Below, in pieces: positions 1-10,312 of a stretch of 64,000 nucleotides of DNA; positions within the stretch are counted from its first letter, which is position 1; each line of letters starts with the position of its first letter. The position numbers and the translations under genes are program-made. The DNA is taken from positions 2,386 to 66,385 of the forward strand of contig JAERTI010000043.1 in NCBI GenBank assembly GCA_016844925.1. Direction: 5' to 3'. The notes beneath the pieces were generated by a model, which saw nothing but the letters and a program-made list of their open reading frames with translations, was not told the origin of the DNA and did not search any database. Origin of the DNA: Candidatus Uhrbacteria bacterium. Lineage in GTDB: Bacteria > Patescibacteriota > Patescibacteriia > UBA9934 > GWF2-40-263.

Positions 1-752
1 TGCAGTCGCACGCAGTTGCGTACGGCCTGACGGAGCAGCAGGGGCTCGGGGTGAACGATGCCGCAGATGACCCGCGTCAGCTCACCGACGTCGTCGCCAC
101 TGAGCTTGGGAACAGCGAGCTTGATCGTCTGGATGTGGGGAGCCGCTTCCGACCCGCCGAAGGGCGCGCCGGTCAGGTCCACGATCTCACGCAGGCTCGC
201 CACGACGAACGCCACCTGACCTTCGATGGTTCGCATCTCCGGCGGGACGTCGTCCACGGGAGCCTTGGGCTTGCGCGAGACGATGCCGTTGCGCGGCTTC
301 TTCGCTTTGCGCTCGGCAGCGAGTTGACGTGTCCTCTCGTTGGCACGTTCACGAGAGGTCTGGACATCCTGTCCACGGTCTCCGTGATAGATTCCGCGCA
401 CGGCGGAGTCTTCGTCCGTCGGCGGCGAAGCGTCGAGCACGGGAATGAGCTCGACGTCGTCGTCCTCCCCCGTCTCGGTGCGGTCGTTCACGGTCACGGC
501 CATCATCTCCTGGGAGGTGATAGCGAATGGGTCGTCGACAGCTTCGACCTCCTGGCTCATGGCCGCATCCGACGGCAGAGCGTCGGGTACGTCCGTCACC
601 GGAGAATCCGGCGCCGGGACCACGTTGAGCTCCTGGTCGGGTGGAGCCTTCGGATCGTTCGTTCTCAGTCGGATCGCACCAGGGCGGACCTGGAACGGGA
701 CTTGCGGTTCATCTCCCATGGGTCCTCCAATGGCGGCAAGGGTTTCGGACAC
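1..752 (-). CDS. hypothetical protein, acidic/Pro-rich N-terminus (3' end runs off the window)
   Basis: GTG at 752 preceded by GAGAAAGGA; open frame to position 1 (VSETLAAIGGPMGDEPQVPF...). The listed + ORF 51..809 is its in-register antisense shadow. Confidence 0.6.
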   Translation of the reverse strand, partial: MSETLAAIGGPMGDEPQVPFQVRPGAIRLRTNDPKAPPDQELNVVPAPDSPVTDVPDALPSDAAMSQEVEAVDDPFAITSQEMMAVTVNDRTETGEDDDVELIPVLDASPPTDEDSAVRGIYHGDRGQDVQTSRERANERTRQLAAERKAKKPRNGIVSRKPKAPVDDVPPEMRTIEGQVAFVVASLREIVDLTGAPFGGSEAAPHIQTIKLAVPKLSGDDVGELTRVICGIVHPEPLLLRQAVRNCVRL

Positions 753-1017
753 GTCAGGTTCCTTTCTCTTGCAAAGAGCGTCCCGCCTCTTCATAACGAA
801 AAGGCGTGAGGCCGAGAGCAATACAAAGCACTGCTATCGACCCCACGCCATCTTCCTGTAGAAGGAGGGGAATTGCCGGCTAGCTTATGAGAACCTACAC
901 AGGAGACCGGCTTTTTTCTTATTGTAAGGGAGTTACACTGTCAAAAAAAGGCTTAGTTGTCAAGGGAAGGCGCCTGCGTTAGGCTTTGGATGGTTTTCAC
1001 CACGGAGGATCTAAGAA

Positions 1018-1716
1018 GTGTCTCAGTTCAACTCGATTCAGATGGCTCTGGCCGATCTGCTCATGGCCCTGGGGGCTGTGCAGGTCAAGGTGGAGGGATT
1101 CACGCTCAAGAAGCATGAAACTCACCCGGACGCGCCTCGTTCGCCCTACTTCCTGAACCTGCGCGACAGGAGCAACCCTGGCAAGAAGGGGACCCTCACG
1201 CCCGGTGCCTACGAGCTCATCGCCCTGTGCTGGGGCCAGGTGGTCGACGACAATGTTCTGTTCGCCGTCGGTGCTTGCGGACTCCCGCACGCGGCCACGC
1301 CCATGATGAAGGTGCTCGCCCGTCAGCGCCCGCAGCAGCTGGTGCTGCTGGACAAGCGCGAGGAGGACGGCAAGCGGTGGATCGCCGGTGTCACGGATCG
1401 CGGCGACCTGCAGCTGGATGCCAAGGTGCTGATCTTCGACGACGTCATCACTGGCGCGGACAGCAAGCTCGAGGCCATCAAGGTTCTGCGCGAGGCGCAG
1501 ATGCGCGTGGAGAACGTCGTGGTGGTCGTGGACCGTCAGCAGGGCGGGGCCGAGGCGCTCGCCGAGCACGGCATCGGCACCCACAGCGTGTTCACCGTGA
1601 CCGAGCTCATGGAGTACTACGCCGCCACCGGCCAGGTGGACCCGAGCGTCCCTCAGCTGGTGCGCGACTACATCAAGGCCGACGCCGAGTTCGAGGCTGG
1701 ACTCCTGTCAGCGTGA
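1018..1716 (+). CDS. pyrE: orotate phosphoribosyltransferase-like PRTase
   Basis: FTLK...SPYFLNLR, PRPP-binding motif VLIFDDVITGADS and VVVVVDRQQGG; GGAGG SD upstream. Confidence 0.8.
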   Translation: MSQFNSIQMALADLLMALGAVQVKVEGFTLKKHETHPDAPRSPYFLNLRDRSNPGKKGTLTPGAYELIALCWGQVVDDNVLFAVGACGLPHAATPMMKVLARQRPQQLVLLDKREEDGKRWIAGVTDRGDLQLDAKVLIFDDVITGADSKLEAIKVLREAQMRVENVVVVVDRQQGGAEALAEHGIGTHSVFTVTELMEYYAATGQVDPSVPQLVRDYIKADAEFEAGLLSA

Positions 1717-1873
1717 TCTACGTGCTGTGACTTCTGTGCTTGCAGGTGCAAGAGCGCAGCCGCCCGCGTGAGAAATACGATATTTCTCCGCGGGTTTTTT
1801 GATTGACGTTTTTGGTTGTGTTCATTACGCTGGCCCTCCGGCGAGCTGACTCGTCGATGCCGTGGAGGTTCAG

Positions 1874-2854
1874 ATGGCAGAGTGGGAAATTCCCGAAGAT
1901 CCTGAAGCAGCAACATTCTCACTGATCATCGAGGTGATGACGGGTGAGGAGGAGGACTACAGCTACAGCGCACGCACGATCCCTCTGATCGGTCTGGAGA
2001 TCGAGTCTGCGACCTGTGATCAGGTGCTCCGCACCGGTGGTGAGGGCCGAGAGCCCCGCATCGGCACCTACGTGGTGACCGCGGATCAGCACGGGGTGCA
2101 CTTCGTCGCTGGCCCCGAGGGAATCACGGAAGAAGAGCGGCGGGACCTGTGCCAGGTTCTGGGCGCCGAGCTCATGCGCTACCGGCGCCAGTTGGTGGGT
2201 ATCGCACAGCGCTTGCAGCCCGAGGCGGTCAAGGGGATTGCCGAGGAGGTGATCCGAGCCGTGGTGGAGCAGGCACGTCGAGACGATCCGCTTCACGAGT
2301 CCCTGCGGATTCCCGATTCTGAGCACATCCAGCTCGAGGCCGTGTGCAAGGCGCACGGTTTCCTGGTGCAGAAGGTGCATTCGGTGGCGCCTGGCATGGT
2401 GGCCATCGGCAAGATGGAGAGCCCGCACACGCGGCGCTACGCGGACGTTCGCATCATGGCAACGCCACGCGAGCCCATCGGGCCGGTGGTGGTGAAGATC
2501 GGGATGCTCAGCCACGCGAGCCCTCTGTTCCAGGTGGTGCACACCCACCTGCTGGAACGGGTGCTGGAAGCTGTCGACCGTGACTACGGTGGCGTGCTCA
2601 CGCAGATCGCCGTGGAGACGGAGGTGGAGATCCAGAGGGCATCGCGCCTGATGGAGACCCTCCAAGACACGGCCGGCTTCAGCGAGGATCAGATTCGCAA
2701 CGGTGCTGCAGATGTTCGCGATGCGGAACAGGAACGTGAACAGGAGCGGCGCGCGGACGAGGCGGTGAAGCTGGGCCAAGCCCTCGCGGGGCTGGGTCAG
2801 ACCAGTTTCGTTCGAGCCAACACGGCTCATCCTCCGGAGGTCCCGGAGGCCTAG
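1874..2854 (+). CDS. hypothetical protein
   Basis: Long ORF; ATG at 1874 after GGAGG; TTGACG-N17-TACGCT at 1803-1831 upstream. Confidence 0.65.
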   Translation: MAEWEIPEDPEAATFSLIIEVMTGEEEDYSYSARTIPLIGLEIESATCDQVLRTGGEGREPRIGTYVVTADQHGVHFVAGPEGITEEERRDLCQVLGAELMRYRRQLVGIAQRLQPEAVKGIAEEVIRAVVEQARRDDPLHESLRIPDSEHIQLEAVCKAHGFLVQKVHSVAPGMVAIGKMESPHTRRYADVRIMATPREPIGPVVVKIGMLSHASPLFQVVHTHLLERVLEAVDRDYGGVLTQIAVETEVEIQRASRLMETLQDTAGFSEDQIRNGAADVRDAEQEREQERRADEAVKLGQALAGLGQTSFVRANTAHPPEVPEA

Positions 2855-2952
2855 AACAACGAGGCGGGGACAGAAAGTCAGGGATATCTTTCTGAACACG
2901 TCTACCCGGGTTGAGTGTACGGTACATTCCCCGGGTTTTTTATTGAAAACGT

Positions 2953-3062
2953 CCAAAATTGGCGACCTTCCACCTTCCTCGCTGTGCTCTTCGGTCAACG
3001 ACCGTTTTAGGTCGTCTCCCTCAGTGCTCGCTCGGGCGGCGGAATGTCACTCAATTTTGAAC
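2953..3062. repeat. palindromic MITE/REP-like element (AAAATTGGCGA...TCACTCAATTTT)
   Basis: Terminal inverted repeats resemble those of the copies at 53027-53112 and 53136-53242. Confidence 0.45.
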
Positions 3063-3133
3063 GTTTTCAAACGCGCCGTGCCTGTGTCTCTTGTCTCGAC
3101 ACGATGGGTTCTCCGGGCTATACTCACGCGCGT

Positions 3134-4207
3134 ATGTTGCAAGTTGGAATTGTTGGGCTCCCGAACGTGGGAAAGTCCACCTTATTTAAAACACTCACAA
3201 AGAAGCAGGTTGACTGCGAAAACTTTCCGTTCTGTACCATCGAACCAAACGTTGGGGTGGTTGAGGTGCCTGATGAGCGCATCGATGTGCTTTCAAAGAT
3301 GTCTGGTTCGCAGAAAGTTATTCCGACAGCCATTGAGTTCGTCGATATCGCTGGATTGGTGAAAGGGGCTCATAAGGGTGAGGGGCTTGGGAACAAGTTT
3401 TTGGCGAACATCCGAGAAGTGGACATGATTGTGCACGTGGTTCGAGATTTCGTGGATGAGAACGTGCATCACGTGGACGGATCCATTGACCCTGCTCGTG
3501 ATGTGGAGATCATTGAGCTTGAGCTGGCCATGGCTGATATGGCAACGGTTGAAAAGCGCATGGCTGGTATCCAGGGGAAGATGAAAGCAGGGAAGACCAA
3601 GGAGCTTGAAGTACAGCTCGGCGCACTCGAGCGTATCTCTGCTGTTTTGGAGCAGGGGAAGATGGCGAATACCGTCGAGCTGAGCGATGACGAGGAGGTG
3701 CTTTTGCGAGATATGAGTCTGCTCACACGCAAGCCAATTCTCTATGTGGTGAATGTGGCAGAGGATGCATCGATGACAGATTGGGAAAGCCCACTTGGGG
3801 CTGATCGACTTGCTGCACCTATTAGTATCAAGCTCGAGTCAGAGATCGTCGATATGGAAGAGGAAGAGCAGAAGATGTTCTTGGCAGAGCTCGGTTTGGA
3901 ACGCTCAGGCCTCGATCGCTTGATTAAGAAGTGTTATGAGCTGCTCGATTTGATCACCTATTTCACCTCCGGAGAAAAAGAAACCCGCGCCTGGACGATT
4001 ACCCGAGGGACACGTGCCCCACAGGCAGCCGGAAAGATTCATACAGATTTTGAAAAAGGATTCATCCGCGCTGAGGTGATTGGTTATGAGGATTTTGTGG
4101 CCGGCGGCGGAGAGTCTGGTGCGCGCGATGCAGGAAAGCTTCGTGTAGAAGGGAAGGACTACGTGATGAACGATGGCGATGTCTGTCACTTCCGCGTGAG
4201 TACATAA
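3134..4207 (+). CDS. ychF: redox-regulated ATPase YchF (Obg family)
   Basis: GIVGLPNVGKSTLF, NFPFCTIEPN, DIAGLVKGAHKGEGLGNKFL, C-terminal TGS domain. Confidence 0.97.
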   Translation: MLQVGIVGLPNVGKSTLFKTLTKKQVDCENFPFCTIEPNVGVVEVPDERIDVLSKMSGSQKVIPTAIEFVDIAGLVKGAHKGEGLGNKFLANIREVDMIVHVVRDFVDENVHHVDGSIDPARDVEIIELELAMADMATVEKRMAGIQGKMKAGKTKELEVQLGALERISAVLEQGKMANTVELSDDEEVLLRDMSLLTRKPILYVVNVAEDASMTDWESPLGADRLAAPISIKLESEIVDMEEEEQKMFLAELGLERSGLDRLIKKCYELLDLITYFTSGEKETRAWTITRGTRAPQAAGKIHTDFEKGFIRAEVIGYEDFVAGGGESGARDAGKLRVEGKDYVMNDGDVCHFRVST

Positions 4208-4214
4208 ACAAACG

Positions 4215-4243
4215 AAAAACCGAGGCTTAACCTCGGTTTTTTG
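4215..4243. terminator. bidirectional intrinsic terminator between convergent genes
   Basis: aaaaaccgagg-cttaa-cctcggtttttt. Confidence 0.8.
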
Positions 4244-4247
4244 ATTT

Positions 4248-5420
4248 CTAGCTAGAGAAGACGAAAATGTTTCTTGCCACGAACTGATCGGAGCGTTTGT
4301 AGAGGTGCTCTGCTTCGATCTTATAGCCAATGCTCGTGAGCATATCTTGGATAGGGAGACGGTACCAAGTGCCGTCTTTTTGTTTGAAGGCAGGGAAGGC
4401 GACGACGGCTCGGCCGGTTGATTTGAGAAGGTTCTTGAGGGCGACGAACGAATCTTTGTACATCGGCATGAGGTCCTTCTCGATCTTTTTCATTTCAAAC
4501 GGGTCAACGGTTTGCGAGCGAGGGTTCCCAAGGAAGACTTCTGCGACGATGCAGTCGACCGGTGTATCTAGGTGGTCGGGGAGCTCTGCTGCTGGTGTGG
4601 TTCGCAGTGTAATGTTGGATGAGGCTGCGTGAAACTTTTCAGAGAGCCAGTCCATGTTTGTTCCTGTGTCGGTTACGGCTTTCTCAGAGATGTCGGAGCC
4701 GATAACCGTCTCGAACCCCATGAGCGTCGCTTCCATGAGTACCGTTCCAGACCCGCAGAACGGATCGAGAAGTGTCGCGCCCTGAGGATTGATCCCAGAG
4801 AGGTTGATCATGAGTCGAGCAAGCTTTGGAGGGAGCATCCCTGAGCGTCGGTCTCGAGCGGGGCGCCCGATGTCACGCGCTTCCCATGAACGGAAGTCCT
4901 GCACGCTCTCTGTCTGCCCGATGAGGATCTTATCTTCTTGAACAAGGAGGACGTACTCACCCCCTGAGGAGAGCAGGCCGTTGGTCTCTACAACAGCTGA
5001 TGAGAGTCGAGGTTCCTTGCTGGAAACAAAACGGACAGGACGTCCAGATTCTCGGAGCTGCTTCTTAATCCGCACGCCGAAGTTGTTCAGATCTTTTTCA
5101 AGCGCTTTGGTTTGTTTGGCATCCGTAAGGTTGTAGACACTGACGCCAAAACTAATCTTGTTCTTCCCCATAGCCCCTGAGGCATAGGTGGCGATAAGGT
5201 CAGCAGCGTCGTCTTCGTTCCAAGAGGGAAGTTCCCCAATGATATGCCCCATTTTCACAACGCCAGAGAGGCGGTCTTGCAGTGCCCCGAGGTTTTTTTC
5301 GCTCGTGTCAGCCAGTAAGACCTGATCAGCAGTGAGCGTAATTTCAAAATCGTCGCCTAAAACGGTTTCAAGTTCAGCGATTGAGAGTTTTGGGCGTGCA
5401 CCAAGGATGAAATAGACCAT
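4248..5420 (-). CDS. THUMP/Trm11-like SAM-dependent RNA methyltransferase
   Basis: MLPPKLARLMINL, LLDPFCGSGTVLMEA, GSDIS motifs. Confidence 0.8.
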   Translation of the reverse strand: MVYFILGARPKLSIAELETVLGDDFEITLTADQVLLADTSEKNLGALQDRLSGVVKMGHIIGELPSWNEDDAADLIATYASGAMGKNKISFGVSVYNLTDAKQTKALEKDLNNFGVRIKKQLRESGRPVRFVSSKEPRLSSAVVETNGLLSSGGEYVLLVQEDKILIGQTESVQDFRSWEARDIGRPARDRRSGMLPPKLARLMINLSGINPQGATLLDPFCGSGTVLMEATLMGFETVIGSDISEKAVTDTGTNMDWLSEKFHAASSNITLRTTPAAELPDHLDTPVDCIVAEVFLGNPRSQTVDPFEMKKIEKDLMPMYKDSFVALKNLLKSTGRAVVAFPAFKQKDGTWYRLPIQDMLTSIGYKIEAEHLYKRSDQFVARNIFVFSS

Positions 5421-5541
5421 AGATATCATTTGTGTGCTTATTATTGACCAAAAACCCAAAGAACGCTAGAGTGCACGCGCTAACAATTAACTGTCCAAGG
5501 CCCCATGAGGGCTGCTCGGGACCACCCGAGCCAGTACTATT

Positions 5542-6117
5542 ATGAAGGAATACGAACTCCTTTACATCGTACCGTCGCAGTACACAGACGAAGAGGTTTC
5601 TGGCGTTCAGAAAATCGTCGGTGAGTTGCTCAAGGCTAACGATGCAACGATTCTCCGTGATGAGAATCTTGGTAAGGTCCACCTTGCCTACCCTATTAAG
5701 AAGGTTCAGTACGGCACATACGTCGTTGTGCACTTTGATGCAGAAGCTGCTGCTATCAAGGAACTCGACCGAAAGCTGAAGCTGACCGATGAAGTTCTTC
5801 GTCACATGATGCTCGAGCGCGCCTCAGGTGCTGTCGAGAAGAAGATCGAACTCATCTCATACGTGGCTCCATTGAACGAAGAGGGACGTCGCGTTGCCGC
5901 AGACGAGAAGAAGAAAGAGGAGGCACCACGTGCTCCACGTCCAGCAGCGGCTCCAGCTCCTGCGCCGGCACCTGCTCCAGCTCCTGAGGCTGAAGCAGCA
6001 AAGATTGCTCCTCCAACACCTGCAGCAACAACGGCTGAGGAGAGCAAGATGTCCATGGCGGAGCTCGACCAAAAACTTGATAAGATTCTCGAAGGAGATA
6101 TTGCTGAGAACATCTAA
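5542..6117 (+). CDS. rpsF: 30S ribosomal protein S6 with Pro/Ala-rich C-terminal extension
   Basis: MKEYELLYI...LAYPIKK...VLRHM; rpsF-ssb-rpsR synteny. Confidence 0.95.
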   Translation: MKEYELLYIVPSQYTDEEVSGVQKIVGELLKANDATILRDENLGKVHLAYPIKKVQYGTYVVVHFDAEAAAIKELDRKLKLTDEVLRHMMLERASGAVEKKIELISYVAPLNEEGRRVAADEKKKEEAPRAPRPAAAPAPAPAPAPAPEAEAAKIAPPTPAATTAEESKMSMAELDQKLDKILEGDIAENI

Positions 6118-6128
6118 ACGAAACATTT

Positions 6129-6593
6129 ATGTACTCACTCAATCGAGCAACCATCATTGGAAACCTCACGCGTGACCCGGAGCTCAAGCAGATTCCGTCT
6201 GGTCAGAGCGTGTGTTCCTTCGCTGTTGCAACCAACCGCGCTTGGACTGGTAAGGACGGCGCGAAGCAGGAGGCAACAGAGTTTCATAACGTTGTAGCTT
6301 GGGCTCGCTTGGCGGAGATCTGCTCGCAGTATCTCGCTAAGGGACGCAAGGTTTACATCGAAGGACGTTTACAGACGCGTGACTGGGAAGGTCAGGACGG
6401 TGTGCGTCGGTATCGCACAGAGATCGTGGCTGAGAACATGATTATTCTCGACAAGGCAGGTGCAAGCAGTGGTGGCGCCATGCCACGACCAGCAGCAACA
6501 CCAAGCGCCTTTGTCCCACCTCAGGCTCCAGCGGTGAGCGACCCAGCACCGAATCCAGATGATGAGATCAAGATTGAGGACATTCCATTCTAG
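6129..6593 (+). CDS. ssb: single-stranded DNA-binding protein
   Basis: IIGNLTRDPEL, KGRKVYIEGRLQTR, acidic tip EDIPF. Confidence 0.97.
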   Translation: MYSLNRATIIGNLTRDPELKQIPSGQSVCSFAVATNRAWTGKDGAKQEATEFHNVVAWARLAEICSQYLAKGRKVYIEGRLQTRDWEGQDGVRRYRTEIVAENMIILDKAGASSGGAMPRPAATPSAFVPPQAPAVSDPAPNPDDEIKIEDIPF

Positions 6594-6596
6594 ACT

Positions 6597-6824
6597 ATGA
6601 AAAAGAAAAACATCGTGCAGAAGCAAAAGCAATGCTACTTCTGCTACAACAACATTCAAGATGTAGATTACAAGGACGTCGCTATCCTGCGCCGCTTCCT
6701 CTCATCTTTTGCGAAGATTGTGCCACGTAAGCGTTCAAAGGTGTGCATGAAGCACCAGCGAACCCTCAACACTGCGATTAAGCGCGCACGTGTGATGGCC
6801 CTCCTTCCATTCGTCCAGAAATAA
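6597..6824 (+). CDS. rpsR: 30S ribosomal protein S18 (Cys-containing form)
   Basis: CYFC...DYKDV...KHQR...AIKRARVMALLPF. Confidence 0.96.
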   Translation: MKKKNIVQKQKQCYFCYNNIQDVDYKDVAILRRFLSSFAKIVPRKRSKVCMKHQRTLNTAIKRARVMALLPFVQK

Positions 6825-6860
6825 GATTCAAAGGCGGGGCTTGTCCCTGCCTTTTGGTTT

Positions 6861-7796
6861 ATGCCAGATTACAAACAGATTGCGCACGAGCGCGCCACGA
6901 TTAACGCAGCCATCCGATCGTTTTTTGTTGATCGTGGTTTTGTAGAAGTCGAGACGCCTCTCATCGTACGGTCGCCCGGCATGGAACCGAATCTCCGTCC
7001 GTTTGAGACGAAGGTGATCGAACCGGATGGGTCACAGCACGCCGCGGGGCTGATTACGAGTCCTGAGTACGCAATGAAAAAGTTGCTCGGCCAAGGGATG
7101 GAGAAAATCTTCACTATCACAAAGGTCTTCCGTAATGAGGAGGCCTTTGGGGGTCAACACAATCCGGAGTTTTCTATGCTTGAGTGGTACCAGCAAGGGG
7201 CTGATTACCAGGGCTGCATGGACGAGACTGAGGCATTGGTTCAGGTTGTTGCGCGTGCACTCGGTGTGGATCAACCGGAGTCCGTCGAGCGACTCAAGCT
7301 ACGCGACCTGTTTCTTGAGCATGCTGGCGTGGATCTAGATTATGACCTGCCGCCGACTCATGACTCTACAGATACACAGAGCGATCGATTCTACCGTATC
7401 TTTCTCGAGAAAATCGAACCAGTACTTCAAGATCGAAACGTCTTTCTTTTCGACTACCCCAAGTATCAGGCTGCCCTCTCGACACTTACCCCTGACGGGC
7501 TCTACGGACAGCGGTTCGAGCTGTTCATGAGTGGACTTGAGCTCTGCAATGGATTCACTGAGCTCACCGATCCGGCAGAGCAGCGCCGTCGGTTTGAGCA
7601 GGAGGCTGGGGAGCGTAAGGATCTCGGAAAGACCGTTTTCCCGATTGACGAAGAGCTCTTGGCGCTGCTAGGATCTGTGCAAACGCCAACGTACGGCAAT
7701 GCCCTCGGGATCGATCGGTTGCACATGGTGCTCACGGGTCGATCTGACATCGAAGACGTTCTCTTATTCCCAGCTAACCGACTGTTTAAGCGTTGA
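6861..7796 (+). CDS. epmA: EF-P lysine aminoacylase (GenX/PoxA)
   Basis: LysRS-catalytic-domain-only protein: LITSPEYAMKKLL, FRNEE...HNPEFSMLEWY, ELCNGFTEL, ALGIDRL; adjacent to efp. Confidence 0.9.
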   Translation: MPDYKQIAHERATINAAIRSFFVDRGFVEVETPLIVRSPGMEPNLRPFETKVIEPDGSQHAAGLITSPEYAMKKLLGQGMEKIFTITKVFRNEEAFGGQHNPEFSMLEWYQQGADYQGCMDETEALVQVVARALGVDQPESVERLKLRDLFLEHAGVDLDYDLPPTHDSTDTQSDRFYRIFLEKIEPVLQDRNVFLFDYPKYQAALSTLTPDGLYGQRFELFMSGLELCNGFTELTDPAEQRRRFEQEAGERKDLGKTVFPIDEELLALLGSVQTPTYGNALGIDRLHMVLTGRSDIEDVLLFPANRLFKR

Positions 7797-7797
7797 T

Positions 7798-8364
7798 ATG
7801 CCATCACCAAACGACATTAAGAAAGGAACGATCATTAATCGCAACAACATTTTGTGGCTTGTGGTGGACTTCCAGCGTGTCTCACCAGGGAAGGGAAGTT
7901 CCTTCGTTCGCACAAAGATGAAGAACTTGAAAACAGGAAAGGTGATCGAGGAGAACCTGAAGTCATCTGAGACGCTGACATTCGAGGATGTTCAGTACAA
8001 GAAGATGCAGTACTTGTTCAACGACGGAACACTCTATACGTTCATGGACAATCAGACGTATGAGCAGGTGGCTGTCTCTGGGTCAGAAATGGAAGAGGAG
8101 ATTCCTTATCTAAAGGAAGGTCTAGAAATTACGGTTGTCATGCACGAGGGGGCAGCTGTTACCGTCGCACTTCCACAAAAGATTGAATACACAGTTACGT
8201 ACACGGAGCCTGCGGTAAAGGGAGATACGGCTTCAGGAAATGTGTTGAAGGAAGCTGAGATGGACAACGGGCTCAAGGTAAAGGTACCTGCGTTTATCAA
8301 GCAAGGTGATGTGGTCATCATCAATACAGATCAGGGTGCGTACTCTGAGCGCGTGAGTAAGTAA
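7798..8364 (+). CDS. efp: elongation factor P
   Basis: PGKG loop with Lys, TEPAVKGDTA, VPAFIKQGD. Confidence 0.96.
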   Translation: MPSPNDIKKGTIINRNNILWLVVDFQRVSPGKGSSFVRTKMKNLKTGKVIEENLKSSETLTFEDVQYKKMQYLFNDGTLYTFMDNQTYEQVAVSGSEMEEEIPYLKEGLEITVVMHEGAAVTVALPQKIEYTVTYTEPAVKGDTASGNVLKEAEMDNGLKVKVPAFIKQGDVVIINTDQGAYSERVSK

Positions 8365-8376
8365 TGAGGAAAAAGA

Positions 8377-8413
8377 AAAAGCCCGCTGACCGAAAGGTTG
8401 GCGGGTCGTTTTG
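8377..8413. terminator. terminator hairpin between efp and the convergent gene
   Basis: aaaagcccgctgacc-gaaa-ggttggcgggtcgtttt. Confidence 0.65.
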
Positions 8414-8425
8414 TTTGTGCTTGCG

Positions 8426-9118
8426 TCAGCGAGGCTGGCGGATGGGACGGAAGCCCCTGTGGCCGTAGCTCCCGTAGGTGCGTTGCACTGGCGCGAGTCT
8501 TCGTGGAGCCGCCATGGACGGCTGGGGGAACAGGTTCCTGCGAGCTGTGCGGAGAGACTGCGCAACCTTGAGGAGCTTCTTGATCCGAGAGGCACGATCA
8601 CGAGCCGCCTGCCGGCGTCTCTTCTCGAGCTCACGCGTTACAAGCTTCATCGCTCGTTCGCCCACGATCTCCATCAGATCGAAGCGACTCAGCGGAGGGT
8701 CTCTCCGAGAGCGGCCGATCCTCAGGGTGACGCCGAACAGGTTGTCCCTGCCGAAGTTCTTGAATCGATGGATGATGGTCTTGATGCCTTGAGCCACGCG
8801 AGTGGCGATGTACTTGATCGCACGGTGCTTGGAGGCTTGGATCTCCAGGTACACGCGAATCCCGCGCTCGTTGTTCAGTAGAGCTGAGACGACGAAGTCG
8901 CGCATCTTGCGTACGCACCCCTTGCGCAGCGTGAGCTGCAGCTCGAAGGTGGGCTCGTGAGCGGCATGTGGCGGCGGGAAGATCTTCAGATCTACCCGTT
9001 CTTCGATGTTTTCCTCCTTACCTCGGGTGAGTTCATGTGGGATCCCCATCTGGTCCAGTTCCTTGCTGAGAGCTTGCTCGAGAGCAAGACCGGCCTGAAA
9101 CCGCGGTCGTCTTCCCAT
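8426..9118 (-). CDS. hypothetical basic protein, possible PD-(D/E)XK-like nuclease fold
   Basis: ATG at 9118 with GGGAG SD; N-terminal pattern GLALE...ERVDL...FELQLT resembles restriction-endonuclease-like active sites (inference). Confidence 0.55.
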   Translation of the reverse strand: MGRRPRFQAGLALEQALSKELDQMGIPHELTRGKEENIEERVDLKIFPPPHAAHEPTFELQLTLRKGCVRKMRDFVVSALLNNERGIRVYLEIQASKHRAIKYIATRVAQGIKTIIHRFKNFGRDNLFGVTLRIGRSRRDPPLSRFDLMEIVGERAMKLVTRELEKRRRQAARDRASRIKKLLKVAQSLRTARRNLFPQPSMAAPRRLAPVQRTYGSYGHRGFRPIRQPR

Positions 9119-9218
9119 GAATGTTCTCCCTTGGTGTTGATCACCATATTCAGCATAGGGGTTTGCTTTACTCCACGCAAGTTCCAAACAAAAAACAGGG
9201 CATTTGCCCTGTTTTGTC

Positions 9219-10247
9219 TTACTCAGTGAGATCTCCGGCTTCAATCGCTTTTTCAATATCTTTACGAATGCTCTTGATGAGCTTTGGATTCTCACGAAGG
9301 AATCGTTTGGCATTCTCTCGCCCGAGACCAAGTTTTTCTTCTTTGTAGTAGTAGTTGTTTCCTTTCTTGTCGAGTACTCCATAAGGCACACCTAGCTCCA
9401 GTAGGTCTCCTGCAATAGAGATACCTTCGTTGTACATGATGTCGAACTCACAGGTGCGGAACGGAGGTGCGACTTTGTTCTTCACGATCTTGACCTTCGT
9501 TCTGTTTCCAATGATCTGGTCAGCCTGCTTGATCTGAGCGCGGCGACGGATCTCGATACGAACAGAGGAGTAGAACTTGAGCGCCTTACCACCAGTAGTG
9601 GTCTCAGGGTTGCCGAACATCACACCGATCTTCATGCGGATCTGGTTGATGAAGATAACCGTTGTGTTGGACTTGTTTACGATGGCGGCGAGCTTACGCA
9701 GAGCCTGGCTCATCAGTCGTGCTTGAAGTCCCATGTGGGAGTCTCCCATGTCGCCTTCAATTTCCGCTTTTGGTGTCAGGGCTGCAACGGAGTCAATGAC
9801 CACAACGTCCACAGCACTTGAGCGTACGAGCGTCTCAACGATCTCGAGCGCCTGTTCACCTGTGTCCGGCTGAGAGATAAAGAGCTCGTCGATGTTTACG
9901 CCGATCTTCTGTGCGTACTCTGGGTCAAGCGCGTGCTCAGCATCGACGTACGCGGCAAGACCTCCAGTCTTCTGCACTTCAGCCACAATGTGCTGGGCAA
10001 GGGTGGTCTTACCTGAGGACTCAGGACCGTAGACCTCAATGATGCGTCCACGGGGGACACCTCCGACGCCGAGGGCCAGATCCAGGGAAAGGCAGCCGGT
10101 GGAGATGGATTCAACCTTCATGGTCTGAGCCTCGCCCAGGCGCATGATGGCGCCGTCACCAAAACGTTGTTTGATTTGAGAAATGGCATCCAGTGCCGCC
10201 TTAGAACGTGCGTCTGTGTCGACCTCCTTGGTTACTTGTTTTGCCAT
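9219..10247 (-). CDS. recA: recombinase RecA
   Basis: [41 protein letters not shown]. Confidence 0.99.
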   Translation of the reverse strand: MAKQVTKEVDTDARSKAALDAISQIKQRFGDGAIMRLGEAQTMKVESISTGCLSLDLALGVGGVPRGRIIEVYGPESSGKTTLAQHIVAEVQKTGGLAAYVDAEHALDPEYAQKIGVNIDELFISQPDTGEQALEIVETLVRSSAVDVVVIDSVAALTPKAEIEGDMGDSHMGLQARLMSQALRKLAAIVNKSNTTVIFINQIRMKIGVMFGNPETTTGGKALKFYSSVRIEIRRRAQIKQADQIIGNRTKVKIVKNKVAPPFRTCEFDIMYNEGISIAGDLLELGVPYGVLDKKGNNYYYKEEKLGLGRENAKRFLRENPKLIKSIRKDIEKAIEAGDLTE

Positions 10248-10312
10248 AACATGGGATTTCAGGGAATGAGTGAGAATAGCTTAGCAGGGTAGGTAAAAGA
10301 TACAAGTGGATA

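Noticed and set aside
6861-8364. epmA-efp without epmB as a novelty
   Set aside because: epmB may lie elsewhere in the genome and this cannot be judged from one window.
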